From IMG/VR virus record IMGVR_UViG_3300044630_001076: a stretch of 20,000 bases of DNA, one strand, 5' to 3'. The stretch comes from an uncultured virus (IMG/VR IMGVR_UViG_3300044630_001076) (Duplodnaviria; Heunggongvirae; Uroviricota; Caudoviricetes; Crassvirales). Shown here piece by piece: positions 13,682-20,000 of the stretch. Below the pieces are notes generated by a model. The model made no database searches, was not told where the DNA came from, and worked only from the letters and a program-made list of their open reading frames with translations. Made by a program: the position numbers and the translations under genes. Every line of letters starts with the position of its first letter. The first letter of the stretch is position 1.

Positions 13682-13925
13682 TTCAGGATACAAAGCTGTA
13701 GAAGAGTTAATTAAGGTTGCAGAAGAAAGAATCGTTACTCACGCTGAGGATGACTTAAGTGCAGATAAACTAAAGAATGCAGCTCAGGCTAAGAAGTTAG
13801 CTATTATGGATGCATTTGAGATTCTTAAGCGTGTAGAGGAGGAAAGCAACATCATTGATGGTGTTGTAAATAATCAGGTTAATACTAATCGTGGATTTGC
13901 TGAATCTAGAGCAAAAACAAAATGA
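13644..13925 (+). CDS. Putative terminase small subunit
   Basis: 93-aa helical protein directly upstream of, and ATGA-coupled to, the large terminase. Assignment is by position only. Confidence 0.5.
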   Translation: MSKITELKKRIIDSGYKAVEELIKVAEERIVTHAEDDLSADKLKNAAQAKKLAIMDAFEILKRVEEESNIIDGVVNNQVNTNRGFAESRAKTK

Positions 13926-16135
13926 GTTTATACAAAATAGTAGATAATGTTGTTCCCCAAAAAATACTTGACAAGAAAAATGCCAAGAAAGAATGGGAGT
14001 ATGGCTATAACCCTGAGTTTGATATTGTCATTATATCTAAAGATGGAACTTTGGGTGATATATATGATATTCAAAATCTTAGAGTAGGATTGCCAAAGAC
14101 TCCCGAAAAGGTATCATATAAATCTGATAAGTGGGAGCCAATCATATTACCTAAGGAATTGTCACGCATTAAAACAATCTTTGATTGGAATAGGCGTGAT
14201 AACTCTTTTAAGAACCAATGGGTAGATTTTATTGAACAAGAGTTTGACCGAAGGGAGTATGGATATTGGTTTATTAATAATGGTGTGAAGACTTATATGT
14301 CAGGTCATCATTATATGTACCTCACATGGTCTAAGACTGATGTTGGTCATCCAGACTTTCGTGAGTCAAACAGAATATTCTTTTTATTCTTTGAAGCCTG
14401 CAAAGCAGACACAAGATGCTTTGGGATGTGCTATCTAAAAAATAGACGTTCTGGTTTTTCTTTTATGGCCTCCTCTGTTTCCGTAGATATTGCTACCTTA
14501 GCAAAAGATGCTCGTATTGGTATGGTCTCTAAAACAGGACCTGATGCTAAAAAGATGTTTACGGATAAGGTTGTACCTATTGCCAACAACTATCCATTCT
14601 TTTTCCAGCCTGTGCGTGATGGTATGACCACACCAAAGACTGAACTTGCATTCCGTGTTCCTGCAGAAAAGATTACACGCAAGAATATGGATCAGGAGAA
14701 AGATGAAGCGATGGATGGGTTAGATACATCTATTGACTGGCGTAACACAGCAGACAACTCGTACGATGGTGAGAAGCTTCGTTTCTTGATTGAGGATGAG
14801 GCTGCTAAGTTAGAAAAGCCAATGAACATTGAAAATGGTTGGCGTATTCGTAAGACTTGTCTTCGTCTAGGTGCCAGGATCATTGGTAAGTGTATGATGG
14901 GTTCTACATCGAACGCATTAGATAAAGGTGGAGAAAACTATAAAAAATTATATTATGACTCAGACGTCACAAAAAGAAACAAGAACGGTCAGACTATATC
15001 GGGTCTTTATTCGCTCTTTATACCGATGGAGTATAACTTTGAGGGATACATTGATCAATACGGTCACGCAGTATTAGAGAAACCTGAAAAGCCGGTAAAG
15101 TCAGCAGAAGGAACTTGGATAACAGAAGGTGTTATTGAGTATTGGAATAATGAGGTATCCTCATTAAAAGCAAATCCCGATGCACTTAATGAATTCTATC
15201 GACAGTTCCCAAGAACAGAGTCTCATGCATTCCGTGATGAGACTAAATCATCTTTGTATAATTTAACTAAAATCTATCAGCAGATTGATTATAACGATGG
15301 GCTAATACAGGATCACGTATTAACTCGTGGATTCTTTCATTGGAAAAATGGGGAGAAAGATACAGAGGTTATTTGGACACCAGATAAGAATGGTAGATTC
15401 TTGGTATCATGGATACCTGAAATTGCATTGCGTAATAATTTTATAACTAAAAATGGAACACGTTATCCTCTCAACGAACACATCGGGGCATTTGGATGTG
15501 ACCCTTACGATATTTCGGGTGCTACTTTTGGTGGGTCGAATGGCTCTCTTCACGGTCTTACTAAGTTCAATATGGCGAATGCTCCGTCAAATGCGTTCTT
15601 CTTAGAATACATTGCTCGTCCACAGACAGCTGAGACATTCTTTGAAGAAGTACTGATGGCTTGTGTATTTTATGGTATGCCAATACTTGCCGAGAATAAC
15701 AAAGCTCGTTTGCTGTACCACTTTAAGAATAGAGGCTATAGAGGATTCTCAATGAACAGACCTGACAAGCACAAAACTAAATTGTCATTTACTGAGATTG
15801 AGATTGGCGGTATACCATCCTCGAGTGAGGATATGAAACAAGCACACGCAGCTGGGATTGGAACTTACATTGAGAAGTATGTAGGATATGACCTAGAAGG
15901 AACATACAGGAATCCTGACGAAATTGGCGATATGCCATTTACTAGAACTCTATTGGATTGGTCTAAATTTAATGTGAACGATAGAACAAAGTATGATGCT
16001 TCTATCAGTTCAGGATTAGCGATTATGGCTAACCAAAAGCATATTTACCTGCCCGAGAAAAAAGAGTCAAAAATTAGCATTAAATTTGCAAGATACGATA
16101 ACAGCGGTTCAGCGAGTAGACTGAAAAATATATGA
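13922..16135 (+). CDS. terL: Terminase large subunit
   Basis: 737 aa. Walker A variant YLKNRRSGFS, Walker B FLIEDEAAK, coupling motif MMGST, RNase H-like nuclease motifs FGCDPYD, LAENN and KYDASISSGLA. Confidence 0.9.
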   Translation: MSLYKIVDNVVPQKILDKKNAKKEWEYGYNPEFDIVIISKDGTLGDIYDIQNLRVGLPKTPEKVSYKSDKWEPIILPKELSRIKTIFDWNRRDNSFKNQWVDFIEQEFDRREYGYWFINNGVKTYMSGHHYMYLTWSKTDVGHPDFRESNRIFFLFFEACKADTRCFGMCYLKNRRSGFSFMASSVSVDIATLAKDARIGMVSKTGPDAKKMFTDKVVPIANNYPFFFQPVRDGMTTPKTELAFRVPAEKITRKNMDQEKDEAMDGLDTSIDWRNTADNSYDGEKLRFLIEDEAAKLEKPMNIENGWRIRKTCLRLGARIIGKCMMGSTSNALDKGGENYKKLYYDSDVTKRNKNGQTISGLYSLFIPMEYNFEGYIDQYGHAVLEKPEKPVKSAEGTWITEGVIEYWNNEVSSLKANPDALNEFYRQFPRTESHAFRDETKSSLYNLTKIYQQIDYNDGLIQDHVLTRGFFHWKNGEKDTEVIWTPDKNGRFLVSWIPEIALRNNFITKNGTRYPLNEHIGAFGCDPYDISGATFGGSNGSLHGLTKFNMANAPSNAFFLEYIARPQTAETFFEEVLMACVFYGMPILAENNKARLLYHFKNRGYRGFSMNRPDKHKTKLSFTEIEIGGIPSSSEDMKQAHAAGIGTYIEKYVGYDLEGTYRNPDEIGDMPFTRTLLDWSKFNVNDRTKYDASISSGLAIMANQKHIYLPEKKESKISIKFARYDNSGSASRLKNI

Positions 16136-18561
16136 ACGACCCTTTAATAATGATTAATCCGACCAACTTCCCAACACAGTTGGCAACGGATGCAGAGAAA
16201 GCATCTCAAGAGTTTGGATTAAAAGTAGGACAAAGTATCATGTGGGAATGGTTTGCCAAGACAGGCAACAATTGTCGCTACTATTCTCAATGGATTGACT
16301 TTCACCGCATTAGGCTATATGCTCGTGGTGAACAATCAATCGCAAAATATAAAAGTCAATTCGAAGTTGATGGCGATATGTCGCATATTAACTTAGACTG
16401 GACTCCTGTGCCCATTATTCCTAAGTTTGTTGATATCGTAGTTAATGGAATGAATGACCGCCTTTTTGAGGTAAAAACATATGCACAGGATTCTATGTCT
16501 ATGGAAAGAAGAACTCAATTCCAAGAGATGGTTGAGGCTGATATGGTGTCAAAAGAATTTTTAATTCAGACACAGCAAGAGTTTGGTATTGATGCATTTA
16601 ATGTTCCTCTTCAAGATTTACCTGAAAATGATCAAGAATTAAATCTTTATATGCAACTTAGATATAAGCCTGCTATTGAGATTGCAGAAGAGGAGGCAAT
16701 AAATACAATTTTAGATGTTAACCATTATAGCGATATAAGAAAACGAGTTGATTATGATATTACTACTATTGGTATTGGGATGGTCAAACATTCTTTTGTT
16801 CCAGGAACAGGAGTTAGGGTAGAATATGTTGACCCTGCTAATATGGTATATAGTTACACGGAATCGCCAACATTTGACGATTGTTTCTATTTTGGTGAAG
16901 TTAAGCAAGTACCGATTACTGAACTTATTAAAATCAAGCCAGATATTACTAATGAAGAGTTGGCAGAAATTCAACAACTTGGTACAGCTTGGTATAATTA
17001 TTATGGTGTACTTCGTCCTTATCGTAGTGATTTATTTAATCGTGATGTTGTTACGCTTATGTATTTCAATTACAAAACCGATAAGACATATGTTTATAAA
17101 AAGAAATACACAGACAACGGAGGAACAAGAGTAATTGAGAAGGATGAAAACTTCCAAGTTCCGGAAGGGATGGAGGAGCGTTTTGAACGTATAGAAAAAC
17201 GTATCGATGTTTGGTACGAAGGTGTAATGGTTATGGGATCAAGTTACTTGCTTAAGTGGGAACTTGCTAAGAACATGGTTCGTCCTAAGTCTGCATCTCA
17301 ATATGCATTGCCTCAGTACATTGCTGTAGCACCACGTATGTATAAAGGAGTTATTGAGTCATTGACTCGTAGAATGATTCCTTTTGCAGACTTAATTCAA
17401 TTGACCCATTTAAAGTTGCAACAAGTATTACAGCGTGTTGTACCTGATGGTGTTTACATTGATGCAGATGGTATCAATGAAGTTGACTTGGGTACAGGTG
17501 CTGCCTACAATCCAGAAGATGCCTTGCGTTTATACTTCCAAACAGGTAGTGTTATTGGTAGAAGTATGACCGTAGATGGTGATCTTAACCATGGGAAAAT
17601 ACCGATTCAAGAACTTAATACTAATAGCGGACAAGGAAAAATTACTGCATTGATTAATGCATACAATCAGTACCTATCAATGATCAGGGATGTTACCGGG
17701 TTAAATGAAGCTAGAGATGCATCAACTCCAAACCCTGATGCATTGGTAGGTGTACAAAAACTTGCAGCTCTTAATTCAAACACAGCTACTCGCCATATAT
17801 TGGAGGGAAGTTTATTTATTACTAAGCGTTTATCGGAAGCATTATCTTGCCGTATTGCTGATATTTTAGAATACTCTGATTTTAAAGAAGAGTTTACTAT
17901 GCAAATTGGTAAGTATGCAGTTGGTGTTTTAGATGAAATCAAGCATTTGTATTTACATGATTTTGGTGTGTTTATCGAAGTAGCACCTGATGAAGAAGAA
18001 AAGGCTCAATTAGAGGCTAATATTCAAGTTGCCATGCAACGTGACCAAATTAGTTTAGAAGATGCTATTGATATTCGTCAGATGAAGAATCTTAAGTTGG
18101 CTAATGAATTGCTTAAGCTAAAGCGTAAGAAGAAGCAACAAGAAGACATGAAGAATGAGCAAGCTAAAATTCAAATGCAAACTCAAGGAAACATTCAGTC
18201 ATCTCAAGCATCTGCTCAGGCTACACTACAAAAGGTTCAAGCAGAGTCACAAGCTAAAGCACAACTTGCTCAAGCTCAAATGCAGTTTGATATTCAACGT
18301 ATGCAGGCAGAGGCTCAGATTAAAGAGCAATTAATGCAAGTTGAATTTTCTTATAATATGCAACTTAAAGGAATGGAGGTAGATAAGATTAAGCAGTTGG
18401 AGACAGACAGGGAAAAAGCTAAGGATAATAGAACTAAATTACAAGCAACACAGCAGTCTAAGTTAATTGAGCAACGCCAAAAAGACTTACCTGCTATGAA
18501 CTTTGAGTCTGAGGAAGATTCATTAGATGGCTTTGATTTAGAGCAGTTTAATCCAAGATAA
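16132..18561 (+). CDS. Portal protein
   Basis: 809 aa immediately after terL (ATGA overlap). RLYARGEQ, PIIPKFVDIVVNG, VEYVDPAN, IRDVTGLNEARD and a long Gln/Ala-rich C-terminal helix typical of podovirus-type portals. Confidence 0.85.
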   Translation: MNDPLIMINPTNFPTQLATDAEKASQEFGLKVGQSIMWEWFAKTGNNCRYYSQWIDFHRIRLYARGEQSIAKYKSQFEVDGDMSHINLDWTPVPIIPKFVDIVVNGMNDRLFEVKTYAQDSMSMERRTQFQEMVEADMVSKEFLIQTQQEFGIDAFNVPLQDLPENDQELNLYMQLRYKPAIEIAEEEAINTILDVNHYSDIRKRVDYDITTIGIGMVKHSFVPGTGVRVEYVDPANMVYSYTESPTFDDCFYFGEVKQVPITELIKIKPDITNEELAEIQQLGTAWYNYYGVLRPYRSDLFNRDVVTLMYFNYKTDKTYVYKKKYTDNGGTRVIEKDENFQVPEGMEERFERIEKRIDVWYEGVMVMGSSYLLKWELAKNMVRPKSASQYALPQYIAVAPRMYKGVIESLTRRMIPFADLIQLTHLKLQQVLQRVVPDGVYIDADGINEVDLGTGAAYNPEDALRLYFQTGSVIGRSMTVDGDLNHGKIPIQELNTNSGQGKITALINAYNQYLSMIRDVTGLNEARDASTPNPDALVGVQKLAALNSNTATRHILEGSLFITKRLSEALSCRIADILEYSDFKEEFTMQIGKYAVGVLDEIKHLYLHDFGVFIEVAPDEEEKAQLEANIQVAMQRDQISLEDAIDIRQMKNLKLANELLKLKRKKKQQEDMKNEQAKIQMQTQGNIQSSQASAQATLQKVQAESQAKAQLAQAQMQFDIQRMQAEAQIKEQLMQVEFSYNMQLKGMEVDKIKQLETDREKAKDNRTKLQATQQSKLIEQRQKDLPAMNFESEEDSLDGFDLEQFNPR

Positions 18562-18571
18562 AATTTATTAC

Positions 18572-18579
18572 TACTTTTG
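18572..18579 (+). promoter_or_regulatory. Bacteroidota -7 element TACTTTTG upstream of scaffold/capsid genes
   Basis: Exact TAnnTTTG in the 39-nt gap between portal and scaffold, 21 nt before the ATG at 18601. Confidence 0.65.
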
Positions 18580-18600
18580 TGCAAATTAAATTAAATAATA

Positions 18601-19722
18601 ATGGAAAATTTTCAAGTAAAACTGGTAGACTTTGAGGAAAAGTCTGTCCAAGAAGTAGAAGAGACTCTACTTAAAGTACATGAGGAAAAAACAGGTATCG
18701 AGCAGTTCGAAACATCTGAAGAAGTTAAAGTTGATCTATCTGCTGAACCCGACACAGCATTAGGATCAGGAGAAGAGCAATCAACTCCGCAGTCATCATT
18801 TGGCGATGAAGACGTTCTTTCATATTTGAAAAGCAAGTATAATAGAGAGGTTAACTCTTTAGATGATTTGTTTACACCTGTTGAGCCTCAAAAGGAATTA
18901 CTTCCTGAGGATGTTGAAGCATTTTATCGCTTCAAAAAAGAGACAGGGCGTGGACTAGAAGACTTCTATCGTGTTAATCAGGATTATTCATCAGAGCAAC
19001 CTGAGCGTTTGTTAGCTACATATTTTAAGGAGATGAATCCTGAGTTGGATGACGATGACATCCAATATGAAATGGCTGATAAATTCGGATATGACGAAGA
19101 CCTTGATGACGAACGTGACATCAAGAAGAAAAAACTTGCATTTAAAAAAGAACTTACTAAGGCAACAAAGTATTTCGAGGAACAAAAAGAAAAGTACAGA
19201 GCACCACTCGAGTCGATTGGTACATCTTCTGTCTCTTCTGAAGACCAAGAGGCTTTGCGATCTTATAAGGAATACATGAGTACGCTTTCTGCTCAACAGC
19301 AGGAGCAAGCAAAGAAATCCGAATTCTTTGTGCAAAAGACTAATGAATTATTCTCTAATGAATTTGAAGGTTTCAAGTTCGGTATTGGAGATAAGGATGT
19401 GTCTTGGAAACCAGCTAATGCGGATGACTTAAAAAACAAACAAATGGATATTTCCAAATTCTTCACAAATTTTGTTGATGATAATGGATATATCAAGGAT
19501 GCCAAAGCCTATCACAAGACGATAGCAGTAGCTATGAATCCCGATTCATTTGCTAAATTCTTTTACGAACAAGGTAAAGCTGATGCGATTGACCAATCTG
19601 CTAAACAAAGCAAGAATATCGACATGGGCTCTGTTCGTACAACAGGACAACCACTTGATAAAGGTGGATTTAAAGTTACCGCTTTGGATAATGATCATGG
19701 GAATAGGCTCCGGATTAAATAA
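18601..19722 (+). CDS. Putative capsid scaffolding/assembly protein
   Basis: 373 aa, very acidic N-terminus and helical body, ending FAKFFYEQGKADA...RLRIK; lies between portal and capsid. Confidence 0.65.
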   Translation: MENFQVKLVDFEEKSVQEVEETLLKVHEEKTGIEQFETSEEVKVDLSAEPDTALGSGEEQSTPQSSFGDEDVLSYLKSKYNREVNSLDDLFTPVEPQKELLPEDVEAFYRFKKETGRGLEDFYRVNQDYSSEQPERLLATYFKEMNPELDDDDIQYEMADKFGYDEDLDDERDIKKKKLAFKKELTKATKYFEEQKEKYRAPLESIGTSSVSSEDQEALRSYKEYMSTLSAQQQEQAKKSEFFVQKTNELFSNEFEGFKFGIGDKDVSWKPANADDLKNKQMDISKFFTNFVDDNGYIKDAKAYHKTIAVAMNPDSFAKFFYEQGKADAIDQSAKQSKNIDMGSVRTTGQPLDKGGFKVTALDNDHGNRLRIK

Positions 19723-19752
19723 TTTTAAAACCAAAAAAACTAATTTTTTAAA

Positions 19753-20000
19753 ATGGCTGGATCAGTTCAAAGTACCCCGGGTTTTCAATTACAACCCTCA
19801 GCGGTAAAGGCAACATTGCCTACAAACTACATTACCAACTTCGACTTCATGAATCAGTATCTTCCAGATACTTATGAGAAAGAATTCGAGCGTTATGGTA
19901 ATCGCTCTATTGCATCTTTCTTACGTTTAGTAGGAGCTGAGATGCCGTCTAACTCTGACTTAATTAAGTGGGCAGAGCAAGGACGTTTACACACAAAATA
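19753..20000 (+). CDS. Major capsid protein, N-terminal part (runs off the window; missing from the ORF track)
   Basis: Open to the end of the window: MAGSVQSTPGFQLQPSAVKATLPTNYITNFDFMNQYLPDTYEKEFERYGNRSIASFLRLVGAEMPSNSDLIKWAEQGRLHTK. Position after the scaffold and the QYLP..YE.E.ERYGNR...FLR.VGAE.P..SD...W.EQGRLH pattern fit capsid proteins of aquatic Bacteroidota phages. Confidence 0.8.
   Translation, partial: MAGSVQSTPGFQLQPSAVKATLPTNYITNFDFMNQYLPDTYEKEFERYGNRSIASFLRLVGAEMPSNSDLIKWAEQGRLHTK

Noticed and set aside
656..19807. Other short overlapping or antisense ORFs in the track (e.g. 656-850, 806-1009, 1240-1443, 2717-3130, 13224-13502, 16826-17134, 19012-19335, 19550-19807)
   Set aside because: Each is nested in or antisense to a better-supported gene and shows no recognisable motifs.
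1..20000. Stop-codon reassignment, as in some Bacteroidota crAss-like phages
   Set aside because: Terminase, portal, fibre and GT genes are full length in the standard code, and both TAG (groES, wHTH, GT) and TGA (terL) end genes at sensible positions.
13922..20000. Assignment to Crassvirales from the large terminase/portal sizes and Bacteroidota host
   Set aside because: No diagnostic crAss genes are visible in the window and I cannot run a phylogeny; left as an unclassified Bacteroidota phage.
1..20000. tRNA, rRNA, integrase/transposase or rho-independent terminators
   Set aside because: None recognised; intergenic gaps are short and AT-rich, without convincing GC hairpin plus U-tract or cloverleaf structure.

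Overview
This window is part of a tailed dsDNA bacteriophage genome (Caudoviricetes). The host is almost certainly in the Bacteroidota: TAnnTTTG -7 promoter boxes sit in front of five forward gene blocks, and translation starts are A-rich with no Shine-Dalgarno. Left to right it contains: (1) the end of a phage groEL, then groES, and a convergent winged-helix regulator; (2) a 2.7-kb run of 11 small, mostly Lys-rich ORFs, several sharing a conserved peptide motif (R[ND]SS[IM]PLA[EP]T[EQ]F); (3) an Rcc01079-like head-spike base gene; (4) a lysis cassette with holin-like genes, an M15 endolysin and spanin-like genes; (5) an 849-aa fibre-like protein with about 100 Gly-Thr-Ser-type triplets, followed by a small fibre-associated protein, a sulfotransferase, an APS kinase and a convergent GT4 + TibC/Aah-like protein-O-heptosyltransferase fusion; (6) a tandem GroES-like gene and the head module (small and large terminase, portal, scaffold, start of major capsid protein). 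The most notable candidates are a phage-encoded glycosylation-plus-sulfation module next to a Ser/Thr-rich virion fibre, and a peptide tag shared by otherwise unrelated small basic proteins. All family assignments come from motifs recognised by eye; no database searches were run.
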